Notes: a model not told the origin generated them from the sequence alone. A DNA stretch of 41,094 nt from Chlamydiota bacterium (GCA_021772415.1 JAJFMA010000266.1:1-41094); one strand, 5' to 3'. Positions 1 to 9,035 are shown, counted from the first letter of the stretch. Program-made: numbers and translations.

Positions 1-146
1 CGATAAATTCTTCTCTTAATGACATTTTGCTCTTGGGTTCCCACGGCACTTTCAATTCTCCTGTTTAGGCGATGAAAGTGACCATTAAAAGTGTCACCTA
101 TGTCCTGACACAAGTTGTTAACGATGTCATGATACAGAACACTAAG

Positions 147-162
147 ACAGCCCTTCGGGCCT
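147..162. repeat. Small hairpin module ACAGCCCTTCGGGCCT, which also occurs inside repeat copies A and B
   Basis: The same 16-mer occurs at 5197-5212 and about 37843-37858. It forms a GC stem with a TTC(G) loop and lies in the intergenic region downstream of cysS. Confidence 0.6.
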
Positions 163-303
163 TAGAACCAACAACTTAGTACTATCGCTAATTTCGTGAG
201 CTCGGTTGCAGTCATACTATCAAAATAGTATTCACACAACGCGGGTAATAACAAGCCGCCGGGTGGGGCTATCATAAGACGGCCCTGCAGGCCTTAAAAG
301 GGC

Positions 304-1743
304 TTAGCGTCGCTTGAGGGTGGCGCCGGAAGAGGAGTCTTCAATGGTGAAGCCTGCGTTAGCGATGACATCACGGAGGCGGTCGGCCTCGGCCCAGTTC
401 TTATTCGCGCGTGCCTCGTTGCGCTCTACTAGGGCCTGCTGGATATCTTCGGGGATATCGAGGCTTTGCCCCTCAATATCTAAGACAGCAAGGACCTCGT
501 TGAAGCGTCTCATGCGTTCTATGACCGCTTGTGCGTCGGGTTTACCTATAGCCTTCTGGTCGGCAAGGAGGTTGATTTCACGCACCATATCAAAAATCGT
601 TGCTAACGCAGCAGACATATTGAGGTCATCAGCGAGAGCCCCTGCGAAGTCCACCGCGGCAGCATGAACGACTTGGTCCGCCTTGCCTGTAGCTTCGTCA
701 CCTTCGATCCCGCGCATACGCGCGAGGAAGTCGTTGAGGCGCTGTAGAGCCACTTTAGCCCCTTCAAGGCCATCAAGGGTGAAATTGAGCTTAGTCTTAT
801 AATGCGTCTGCATTAAGAGGTAACGTACCTGGTCTCCGTTAAACCCTTTATCGAGCAGATTACGCAGTGTGTAGAAATTCCCGAGACTTTTGGACATCTT
901 CTTGTTGTCGACCACAAGGTGTTCCGAGTGCATCCATAGGCCAGAGAACTTTGTACCCGAACATGCTTCCGACTGCGCGATCTCATTCTCGTGGTGCGGA
1001 AAGATGTTATCAACACCGCCACAGTGAATATCTAGGCTATCTCCAAGAAGCTGCATCGCCATGACGGAGCACTCCAGGTGCCAGCCTGGACGTCCCTTAC
1101 CCCAGGGACTTTCCCAGAACACTTGACCGTCGCGTTCGTCGTCGTATGCCTTCCACAAAACGAAGTCACTGACATTGTCCTTGTCATATTCGTCACTGCT
1201 TACACGGTCGGAAGCTCCACTTTGAAGCTCATCGAGCTTAAGGTGTGAAAGGCATCCATAGTTAGGGAATTTGGATATCGCGAAGTAGACACTCCCATCA
1301 CGCCCTGGATAGGCCACACCCTTGTCTATCAGAGTCTGTATCATCTCGATCATCTCTGAGATATACTCCGTCGCCGCGGGATAGTGGTGGGCGGGCAACA
1401 GCCCTAAGGTTTCGACATCTTCAAAGAATGCATTTTTGTATGGCTCCGTGTAGTCGTCTAAACTCACGCTTTTGGCAATAGCACCGCGTATGGTCTTGTC
1501 GTCGACATCGGTGATGTTCATGACATGCAGGACACCATAGCCAAAATACCCTAGGGTGCGCCTAAGGATATCTTCGAACACATACGTACGAAAATTTCCA
1601 ATATGCGCAAAATCGTACACCGTGGGTCCACAGGTGTAGAGCCGTACTTTCTTTGGGTCTTGAGGGCGGAAAACCTCTTTTGCACGTGTCAACGTGTTGT
1701 GGAGGCGTAAAGGAGGTGTTGAGATCTCTACTTCCGTTGTCAT
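304..1743 (-). CDS. cysS: Cysteine--tRNA ligase
   Basis: 479-aa ORF with a class-I aaRS HIGH-type motif (FAHIGNFRTY) and a KMSKS motif (KMSKSLGN). It also has the conserved GWHLECS and HCGGVDNIFPHHENE blocks and a typical length. Confidence 0.97.
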   Translation of the reverse strand: MTTEVEISTPPLRLHNTLTRAKEVFRPQDPKKVRLYTCGPTVYDFAHIGNFRTYVFEDILRRTLGYFGYGVLHVMNITDVDDKTIRGAIAKSVSLDDYTEPYKNAFFEDVETLGLLPAHHYPAATEYISEMIEMIQTLIDKGVAYPGRDGSVYFAISKFPNYGCLSHLKLDELQSGASDRVSSDEYDKDNVSDFVLWKAYDDERDGQVFWESPWGKGRPGWHLECSVMAMQLLGDSLDIHCGGVDNIFPHHENEIAQSEACSGTKFSGLWMHSEHLVVDNKKMSKSLGNFYTLRNLLDKGFNGDQVRYLLMQTHYKTKLNFTLDGLEGAKVALQRLNDFLARMRGIEGDEATGKADQVVHAAAVDFAGALADDLNMSAALATIFDMVREINLLADQKAIGKPDAQAVIERMRRFNEVLAVLDIEGQSLDIPEDIQQALVERNEARANKNWAEADRLRDVIANAGFTIEDSSSGATLKRR

Positions 1744-1777
1744 ACTCGGTTCCGTAATCGTGTGTGCGTTTTCAGTG

Positions 1778-4528
1778 CTATACCAAAACTGGCTCAGGAG
1801 CGACTTCCCCTACCTGTGCTTGGAGGTCTCGGTAATGGATCTTCCCTGAACCCATGATGGGTATTTCTTCGATTTGCGAGATATCAGAGACCCTGACGAG
1901 GTTGCTAAAACCTGACTTCCTCAGGAGTGCATTGACTTCTCCAACGGAAGTATTGAAGGTCGTAAAAAGCACAACACGTGCCTTCTCGCCTTCACGCTCT
2001 TGGGCTACTACAGCAAGAGCAGGTCTGTCGTCTGCAACGGGCCATTCAGCCTCTTGTGCAGACTCTAGAAGGGCTTCTTCGATACCACCTAGGCTGACCA
2101 TCTCTCCGCCTATCTTCACAAAACGCTTCTGACGGCCGGCAAGAGTGAGGTGTCCTTCGGGGCTTAGGAACCCTAAGTCGCCGGTGACGTACCAGGACTC
2201 TCCCTCAATGTTGAGAAAAGGAGGGGCGATATCAGGATTCAAGTACCCACTAAATATGTTAGGGCCACGCGCTAGGATAAGACCGCGCTCACCTTGCGGC
2301 AGCACTTGATGTGTATCAGGGTGCACCGTACAAAGCTGCACGCCAGGAAGAGGCTTACCGACACCAACATGTTTTTCGTTGGGGAGGTTAAGGGTTAGTA
2401 CAGGAGCACACTCAGTGATTCCGTACCCTTCAAGCACCGTATGTTCTAGATCGAATTTCGCACATAGCGCAAACAGCTCGGGAGGTGCTTTTTCTGCTCC
2501 GGTAACGCAGTAGCGCAGGTGTTCGAGGTCTTCTGGTTTAGAAGCTCTTAACATAGCCTTGAGGAATGTTGGCGCCCCACAAATAATCGAAGCATTCCAG
2601 CGTTTCATGCCACGTGCCAATCCCCGCCCGTTGGTGGGATTAGGGTAGAAAGCCGTTTTGATCCCTGACACCAGGCCGATCAAACTGCTGATGGTAAAAC
2701 CAAAAGCATGGAATGGCGGTAGCACCCCAAAGAGACTGTCGTCCGTGGTAATTTCAAGTGCTTCAAGGACAGAGTGGTGGTTGGACAATATGTTGCGATG
2801 TGTCAAAGGCACCCCTTTAGGCATACCTTCGGTGCCACTAGTAAAGAGCAACACAGCTTGGGAGTCACCGCTCACCTTGTCGAAGTCGAAGGTACGCAAA
2901 ATCTTCTTCGTGCTCCAACGCGAGCGCACAAGAGCGCGCAGCTTGTCTTTGACTGAAAACTCGGAGCGCAGGTCTTCGAGGAGGATAAGTTTATCTTCGA
3001 TACAGTCGAGATCTACGTTTTCGATGCGGTCTAGGAAGGCCCAAGAGCTAAGGACATGCTGAACGCCCGAAAGCTTCGTCACCGATTCTAGGTGCCGCGA
3101 CCCCACGGTCCAGTTCACCATCACAGGTACCTTTCCGGCGAGCTGGCACGCAAGAATACACGCCGACGCAGCGACGGTTGCCGGTAACATGATCCCGATA
3201 TTTCTACCTTCAAGCTTACGCAGGTGCTCTGCAAGAAGCAGCACGCGAAGTTTCAGTGTCGAATAGCTGAGAACACCGGAGCGGTCGTCTGCAACAGCGG
3301 GGCGTTTTCCCATACGTGCGCAGTTGTTGAGGAAGGCCTCAGTAATCGTATTTCCTGGGGCTACCTGCGCACGCATGGTTCCCCCACGTGATCGCATCCA
3401 CGCTTCGGGTGTTGTGTGTAAGTCGTCTTCAGCCACTTCGAATGTTACCTCCTTCGCCGCTATTGCCATCACGCGTTCCACTGTAGTGAGTTCACTAGGT
3501 GGCACGCCTTCAACTTCAAATTGATCCTGTAAAAAAGCCAAAATATCGGCAGCATCCAAAGAATCTAGCCCCAAGTCCGAGGACAGGTGTGTTACGGGGC
3601 TAATATCCTCAGGACTACGCTCAGAAAGCTCGGCCAAAAACTTAACAACTTTATTCTGTACTGACTGGGGGATACGGGACAGGTCCACATCTTGCTCTTT
3701 CTGGCGGTCCGCCTCAATAAGAGGGAGTTCTTGACGCCAGAAGCTATGTGATACTAGGTGTAGCGACTCCCCTGGGGCTTTCTCCTCAGCTAAAGCTGGG
3801 TCTAAGCCGTCGGGGGCGTTGTACCAGTGTTCCAGATATTTGTTGAACTCCAGGCGCGAAGCATTAGCAGGGAACTCAGGTCCTACAGGCACATATTCAA
3901 TGGTCACTTCGCGGCGAGGAGTAAAGAAGATGAGATTCTTTACAGCTATCTTAATGCCCTGCCAAATCGTTGGGAATAGGTAGGGGACCTGCCCCGTTGG
4001 AGCCACGGAAAAGATGCTGCCATAAAGACCTGTGACTTTCACGAGTACTACGTTTGTATCAGGGGCCTTCTGTAGTACAGAATGCACCCCAGATGCTCCG
4101 CCAATCAACTCATAGTTGGAGCGCTTTACCTTTCCGGCGGGATAGATTAAAAAATTCTCACCTTTCCAAAGGCCTTTTTCCACATCACTCAGGGCCTTTT
4201 CGCTCTTTTTGCGTTTCAGGCTATTGGTTGAGTGCTGATGGTTTGGCACAGGGAGGGCATCCATGAAGCTCATGAGCCACTTCACCCCTGGTGTGTAGTA
4301 CATATATTCTACAATCAGAGGCCGGATGGGGAACCTACGATACACACCAATCACCACCAACGAGGGATCGACTAAAATGGTGGGATGGTTGGGTAAAAAG
4401 AGAAGGCCCCCCGGTTTATTGAGGTTCTCAGGGGTGAGTTTATCCAGGCCTTTGAAGCGCACGCGATAACGCAATGACAGCGCAAAATTGATGACGTGAA
4501 GGATCACCATTGCTACAAGTTTCTTCAC
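1778..4528 (-). CDS. aas: Fused lysophospholipid acyltransferase / carrier-protein-like domain / acyl-ACP (AMP-forming) synthetase, Aas-like
   Basis: 916-aa ORF with a GTG start 7 nt after AAGGGAG. The N-terminus is PlsC-like (LPNHPTILVDP, IYPAGKV). The middle carries a phosphopantetheine-attachment-like motif (DLGLDSLDAADIL). The C-terminus is an AMP-binding domain (LLFTSGTEGMPKGV, EGYGITE, YVTGDLG, GRQKRFVKIGGEMVS). Confidence 0.9.
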   Translation of the reverse strand: MKKLVAMVILHVINFALSLRYRVRFKGLDKLTPENLNKPGGLLFLPNHPTILVDPSLVVIGVYRRFPIRPLIVEYMYYTPGVKWLMSFMDALPVPNHQHSTNSLKRKKSEKALSDVEKGLWKGENFLIYPAGKVKRSNYELIGGASGVHSVLQKAPDTNVVLVKVTGLYGSIFSVAPTGQVPYLFPTIWQGIKIAVKNLIFFTPRREVTIEYVPVGPEFPANASRLEFNKYLEHWYNAPDGLDPALAEEKAPGESLHLVSHSFWRQELPLIEADRQKEQDVDLSRIPQSVQNKVVKFLAELSERSPEDISPVTHLSSDLGLDSLDAADILAFLQDQFEVEGVPPSELTTVERVMAIAAKEVTFEVAEDDLHTTPEAWMRSRGGTMRAQVAPGNTITEAFLNNCARMGKRPAVADDRSGVLSYSTLKLRVLLLAEHLRKLEGRNIGIMLPATVAASACILACQLAGKVPVMVNWTVGSRHLESVTKLSGVQHVLSSWAFLDRIENVDLDCIEDKLILLEDLRSEFSVKDKLRALVRSRWSTKKILRTFDFDKVSGDSQAVLLFTSGTEGMPKGVPLTHRNILSNHHSVLEALEITTDDSLFGVLPPFHAFGFTISSLIGLVSGIKTAFYPNPTNGRGLARGMKRWNASIICGAPTFLKAMLRASKPEDLEHLRYCVTGAEKAPPELFALCAKFDLEHTVLEGYGITECAPVLTLNLPNEKHVGVGKPLPGVQLCTVHPDTHQVLPQGERGLILARGPNIFSGYLNPDIAPPFLNIEGESWYVTGDLGFLSPEGHLTLAGRQKRFVKIGGEMVSLGGIEEALLESAQEAEWPVADDRPALAVVAQEREGEKARVVLFTTFNTSVGEVNALLRKSGFSNLVRVSDISQIEEIPIMGSGKIHYRDLQAQVGEVAPEPVLV

Positions 4529-4724
4529 TAGTCACTCCCTTGTTTTTCTACTGTATCTTACAGGCAATGATTGTCTTCGATCCCCCTGTTATTGACAAGC
4601 TCTATCTTGCCAGGATTAATCACAAGTAACTGATAATGACTTAGATAGAAAGGCAACAATACATACGAAATAAATAATCCAATACGTCCAAAATGAGATA
4701 TTTGGTGTATTTTGCCCCCTTTTC

Positions 4725-4891
4725 TTCTTCCCCTGCCCGTGCCCGAATCTTCTCGTTTTTAAGCACCCTTGCCCATAAATTCATGCAAACTCGGAAAACC
4801 ATGGAGGTCATGGAGGGAAGCTTGACAGCGGAGCTAACATGGAGGAGTGAGCTTCTGGCTATCTTTCTTCCCCTACCCGTGCGAGCGAATC
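4725..4891 (+). repeat. Pair of imperfect ~26-bp direct repeats (TTCTTCCCCTRCCCGTGC..CGAATC)
   Basis: 4725-4749 (ttcttcccctgcccgtgcccgaatc) and 4865-4891 (ttcttcccctacccgtgcgagcgaatc) lie about 140 bp apart in the aas/ade divergent intergenic region. Confidence 0.55.
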
Positions 4892-4958
4892 AAAGTGTTA
4901 CCGATATTGGTGAACTTTACCGTGCGACATATGTTTCGCGTTAATGTGTCGCCCTTAC

Positions 4959-5247
4959 GAGAGGGTCAGGAAATTGGTGGTGGTGATGAAATGACCATTA
5001 GCCTACATAAATTCGCACATTGTCCGGCGGCCTGAAAGGCCAGCAACCTGCATAGCCCCGGGCGCAGCCCGGGGAAGCTCCAAAATACACTCTGAGCGCT
5101 GTAAGCGCGACACACCCATGCGAAACATGTGTCGCACTTACAGCGCTCAAAAGCTTAATTAGCCTACCTGGGGCTACGCCCCAGGCTATACAGGTTACAG
5201 CCCTTCGGGCCTAAAAAAAGGTGCCGTCGTAATTTCTTTACACTCTC
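4959..5247 (+). repeat. MITE-like structured intergenic repeat, copy A (~289 bp, five local hairpins)
   Basis: It aligns end to end with 37605-37892, with roughly nine-tenths identity by eye. The right terminus atttctttacactctc (5232-5247) is the inverted copy of the family terminus. The left terminus gagagggtcaggaaat (4959-4974) is degenerate. Internal hairpins include 5056-5074, 5094-5148 and 5167-5185. Confidence 0.85.
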
Positions 5248-5255
5248 TGCAGGGG

Positions 5256-5288
5256 TGTCAGGAAACCTCGGAATTAGTTACGACACCT
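5256..5288. repeat. 33-nt module TGTCAGGAAACCTCGGAATTAGTTACGACACCT
   Basis: Its reverse complement occurs at 34978-35010 with one mismatch. Here it sits just outside the right end of copy A. Confidence 0.8.
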
Positions 5289-5406
5289 CTATTTTCTCAT
5301 GAGGCCCGGAGGGTCGCTAAAACTCTGTAGCACGGTGGTAATTTTCAGACGGAGACGAGGCAGGTTTTCGGGAAATCGCGAATGCGTTACAAATGGCAGG
5401 TAAAAC

Positions 5407-7056
5407 ATGCATAAAATGGGGATACCTATGAAGCTATCGGGACAGATTGTCGACATCCATACAAAAGAGATATTCCCTGGAGAGCTTGTTATCGATGACG
5501 GCAAAATCATCGCCATCAACCGCATGGAAGATGCACCTAAGGACCGCTACATCCTTCCTGGCTTCGTAGATGCCCATGTCCATGTTGAGAGCTCGATGCT
5601 TGTGCCTTCGGAATTTGCCCGTATGGCTGTGACACATGGGACTGTGGGAACAGTTTCGGATCCTCACGAGATCGCTAATGTCCTCGGTATTGACGGCATC
5701 CGCTTCATGATTGAAAACGGCAAGCAAGTACCTTTCCATTTCTTTTTTGGAGCCTCGTCGTGTGTACCTGCGACGACCTTCGAGACTGCTGGAGCCAACG
5801 TTGATGTGGAGAATATACGTGCCCTGTTCGAAGAGGATGGCTTGCACTATTTAAGCGAGATGATGAACTACCCCGGAGTTCTCAATAGAGCTCCCGACGT
5901 GATGGAGAAAATTGCACTGGCCCACGATCTAAAAAGGCCCGTCGACGGTCACTCGCCAGGTTTACGTGGTGATGACGCTCAGCGCTACATCGACGCAGGT
6001 ATAGATACCGACCACGAGTGCTTCACTCTCGAAGAAGGGCTGGACAAGGTCTCGCGAGGCATGAAAATACTCATCCGTGAGGGGTCTGCAGCTAGGAATT
6101 TCGAGGCTCTCCAGTCTCTCATTAGCAGCCATCCTAGCGAGGTGATGTTCTGTAGCGACGACAAACACCCGGATGCTTTGGAGTTGGGACACATCAACCT
6201 TCTTGTTCGCGACGCAATACACAAATATGAACATGATCTCTTCGACGTTCTGCGTTGTGCCTGTCTAAACCCGGTAATCCATTACGGGCTTGGTATCGGC
6301 ACACTGCGTGTCGGTGATAGTGCAGATTTCATCGTCGTCAACAATTTAAACGATTTTCATGTCCTCCAGACTTACATCTGTGGGCAACGTGTAGCCAATG
6401 AGGGAACGACTGAGATTCCCTCGGTTCCCGTCACACCAATTAATCAGTTCCATGCCAAGCCCGTTGTCGCTAGCGACTTCATATTGGAAGCTACGGGCAG
6501 CCAAATTCGCGTCATTGAAGCCGAGGAGGGACAGCTCGTCACAAAAGAGGGACACTACCCAGCCAAGATCGAAGATGGGCTGTATGTCTCCGATGTCGAG
6601 CGAGATATCCTCAAACTCACTGTTGTAAACCGCTACAAGCCCACCAAGCCCGCGGTGGCCTTTATCAGGAATTTTGGATTGAAGCGAGGAGCCATCGCCT
6701 CCTGCGTTGCACACGACTCACACAATATCGTCGCTGTGGGAACCTCAGACGCGGAGCTTTCTGCTGCCGTAAACATGGTGATTGGGGGCCAAGGGGGTAT
6801 TGCGGCTACTTGGGGAGGGCAGAGTTCTTACCTGTCTCTACCTGTAGCAGGGATCATGAGCGCTGAAGACGCCTGGGTTGCAGCAAAAAAATACGCTGAA
6901 GTCGACAAGGCAGCAAAAGCTCTAGGCTCGCCTTTGGAAGCACCGTTTATGACACTGTCTTTCATGGCCTTATTAGTCATTCCCTCACTGAAGCTCAGCG
7001 ATCTAGGGCTCTTTGATGGAACAAAGTTTGCATTTACGAGTGTTTCCGTAAGCTAG
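5407..7056 (+). CDS. ade: Adenine deaminase (amidohydrolase superfamily)
   Basis: 549-aa ORF with a metal-binding LPGFVDAHVHVESSML block and the length and C-terminal domain typical of Ade. An alternative start at ATG 5428 has a GGGGA RBS. Confidence 0.92.
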   Translation: MHKMGIPMKLSGQIVDIHTKEIFPGELVIDDGKIIAINRMEDAPKDRYILPGFVDAHVHVESSMLVPSEFARMAVTHGTVGTVSDPHEIANVLGIDGIRFMIENGKQVPFHFFFGASSCVPATTFETAGANVDVENIRALFEEDGLHYLSEMMNYPGVLNRAPDVMEKIALAHDLKRPVDGHSPGLRGDDAQRYIDAGIDTDHECFTLEEGLDKVSRGMKILIREGSAARNFEALQSLISSHPSEVMFCSDDKHPDALELGHINLLVRDAIHKYEHDLFDVLRCACLNPVIHYGLGIGTLRVGDSADFIVVNNLNDFHVLQTYICGQRVANEGTTEIPSVPVTPINQFHAKPVVASDFILEATGSQIRVIEAEEGQLVTKEGHYPAKIEDGLYVSDVERDILKLTVVNRYKPTKPAVAFIRNFGLKRGAIASCVAHDSHNIVAVGTSDAELSAAVNMVIGGQGGIAATWGGQSSYLSLPVAGIMSAEDAWVAAKKYAEVDKAAKALGSPLEAPFMTLSFMALLVIPSLKLSDLGLFDGTKFAFTSVSVS

Positions 7057-7154
7057 GACGCACTTCTGATTCACAGAATAGTCCAGAAACACTCCAAACT
7101 TGATCAATAAATTAATAGATAATATAATTATATTACAAAACGAAAGGTTTTTTA

Positions 7155-8078
7155 ATGAATAAATCAATTATATCTATATACCTAATTATATTTCCATCAT
7201 TAGCATCACCAACCCTTAATAGCGCTCCTGCTACGGACATTTTAGAGGCTGATGCTGTGGCGATAGATGAGTGTGTGGTCAACGACTTTGGTCAAGTTGT
7301 CCGCAATGTTCTACCCCAGCTTGAAGATCAGCTCTATTACCGCATGTGGCACAAGTCTGTTTTACCCGAGGGTGTTGATGCTGCCGAGTATTTAAGCGAG
7401 ACTTTGCCCCATCAAGGAAGTTGTCATGGTCACGCCTTTGCCATTCAAAACGCGTTGTATATGCATCCTGTCATGGACGTTACAACGGCGGTAACGCAGC
7501 AGGCACAAGAGAATGTCACACTTTTCGATGTTATGCGCCTTGTATACACAGAAACCTACACGCATATGGTCCAGTTAGAGGCGCTAGCAGCGGCAGGCGT
7601 TGTGGCCAATCCCGACGGCATCACTTTTGGTCAGATTAAAGAGATTTTGCGCGACGCCTACTACACTCACGTAGACACACTCTTGGGCAGTGCACATAAA
7701 ATTGACATCGTCGAACACGAAGCGGTGCTTCCCGAGAGCCGAGAAGCTTTGGTGGGACAGTTAGTTGATGCACTACAAACAGCCGGAAAGGACAACCAGC
7801 GCATTACAGCTTACATGAACATCATCAGTGGCGACGAGGTGCACTCATCGCTACTACTAACCGCTTGGGCGCCTGAGTACAACCTGGTTGATGCCGACCA
7901 CCCAAGCTTGCTCATTCCTGGACCTAACGCCGAGGGACGCTTCAATGATCTAAAGACCCTCGTCGAAGGGGCTCTAGACTATGCAAAAAACACCTATCTA
8001 CCGGCGTCATCGGAACCCAATTTTCTTCTAATCCAGTTGGTTATCTACGGCGAAAATACAAAAGATGGGCCTGGCTAG
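7155..8078 (+). CDS. Secreted hypothetical protein with a possible papain-like Cys motif
   Basis: 307-aa ORF with a GAAAGG RBS and a very AT-rich 5' region. It has an N-terminal signal-peptide-like segment (MNKSIISIYLIIFPSLASP) and an HQGSCHGHAFAIQNA block (Cys90, codon 7422-7424). Confidence 0.7.
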   Translation: MNKSIISIYLIIFPSLASPTLNSAPATDILEADAVAIDECVVNDFGQVVRNVLPQLEDQLYYRMWHKSVLPEGVDAAEYLSETLPHQGSCHGHAFAIQNALYMHPVMDVTTAVTQQAQENVTLFDVMRLVYTETYTHMVQLEALAAAGVVANPDGITFGQIKEILRDAYYTHVDTLLGSAHKIDIVEHEAVLPESREALVGQLVDALQTAGKDNQRITAYMNIISGDEVHSSLLLTAWAPEYNLVDADHPSLLIPGPNAEGRFNDLKTLVEGALDYAKNTYLPASSEPNFLLIQLVIYGENTKDGPG

Positions 8079-8117
8079 GTGACCAGAGCCCATCGTTCGG
8101 ATATGTGAGAAACTGTT

Positions 8118-8681
8118 TTAGCCAATAAGCTTTCTAGCGTACTCCACTAGAGAAGGCTGGCACTCGCCTCCGTCATCCTCAAGCAGCTGCACAAGGCGTC
8201 GTGTGACTACTGAGAAGGGACTGGTTTCTATGAGGACCTGCCCTGACTGCGTAGTCACTGGAAAACGAAAGCTAGAAAAATAGTATTTTGGAAAGCTTGG
8301 ATGCCAACGGGCGTCTATGTTACGGGCGAATTGAAAGTGATACTCTAAGCATGACCCCACATAGGCTCCACACTGGCTGACAAAGGTCTCCATCTGCTCC
8401 CATGTCGGCTGAGGATTCACGCGGCAAAACTCTTCAAGAAGTGCATCGACGCTGCGGAAGCTTTCGATACTGAAATCGAGCTTTTCTTTAGCAAATTTGG
8501 AACGTTCTGCAACGAACAGACAAGCCATATTTTTGATACCGGCCATCACGAAGCTTTGCTGTTGAATGGATTCGCATGCCACATGATAGGGACTTGCAGA
8601 GGCGAAGGAAGGAACTTCAAAGGTCAGAGGCGCGTTAGGAAGATTAGGATATTTGTGGTTAATGTAACTACCTTCGCTCAT
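8118..8681 (-). CDS. Hypothetical protein
   Basis: 187-aa ORF with an ATG preceded by a GGGGAA RBS. I recognise no motif. Confidence 0.6.
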   Translation of the reverse strand: MSEGSYINHKYPNLPNAPLTFEVPSFASASPYHVACESIQQQSFVMAGIKNMACLFVAERSKFAKEKLDFSIESFRSVDALLEEFCRVNPQPTWEQMETFVSQCGAYVGSCLEYHFQFARNIDARWHPSFPKYYFSSFRFPVTTQSGQVLIETSPFSVVTRRLVQLLEDDGGECQPSLVEYARKLIG

Positions 8682-8951
8682 GCTTAATTCCCCAATAATT
8701 GCCGGTTGTTTTCAAATTAAGGCCAAGATTCTATTCGCGAAGCTTATTTAGGTCAACAAAAGCGTGAATATATTAAGGCCTCGTTAATTAACAAAACAAA
8801 TTACTAATAGCGCTCAACTGATCGGTAAGTGTTTAGCAGAGTGACGCCAATACTAACCCGGTGAACTCCATTCTCGTGATACGATCGCGGTAGGAACGCC
8901 GGTTTCCCGGCGCCCCCCGCACAGATCCGTGATACCCTCTGTAGCTCCTTC

Positions 8952-8966
8952 GAGAGTGTAAAGAAA
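8952..8966 (+). repeat. Solo copy of the repeat-family terminus (GAGAGTGTAAAGAAA)
   Basis: It matches the first 15 nt of the left terminus at 34716 and 37605. The shared left flank TAGCTCC is also seen at 34706. A CGCCGG-TTTC-CCGGCG hairpin lies about 40 bp upstream. Confidence 0.7.
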
Positions 8967-9035
8967 CGCTACCTTGACCCGTTAAAAGTGGGTCAGACCC
9001 TAAGACTTCTCTGTTTTTAGTTCCGTACAGTGCTA

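Noticed and set aside
1-25. A possible minus-strand ATG at 25 (MSLREEFI...) leaving the window.
   Set aside because: Only 8 codons are visible, which is not enough to support a gene call.
314-667. The 117-aa plus-strand ORF inside cysS, and the many similar 60-137-aa ORFs antisense to or out of frame with long genes (for example 1854-2132, 2658-3062, 5434-5847, 9703-10110, 13631-13861, 22138-22455, 29074-29373, 35196-35552, 36775-37128).
   Set aside because: These are shadow ORFs within well-supported longer genes. They have Arg/Ser/Leu-rich composition typical of antisense frames, no RBS and no motifs.
4693-5035. ORFs 4693-4944 and 4847-5035 in the aas/ade intergenic region.
   Set aside because: They run through direct repeats and into repeat copy A. 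Their sequence is explained by hairpin and repeat structure, and they have no convincing RBS.
4991-5035. A 14-codon mini-ORF conserved in position in both repeat copies (MTISLHKFAHCPAA here, MTISPHELAHFPAA at 37637-37681), preceded by GGTGATGAA.
   Set aside because: Four of the 14 residues differ between copies, and the nucleotide differences of the element are concentrated here. This does not look like purifying selection on a peptide, and the stop lies in a hairpin loop. It is most likely coincidental.
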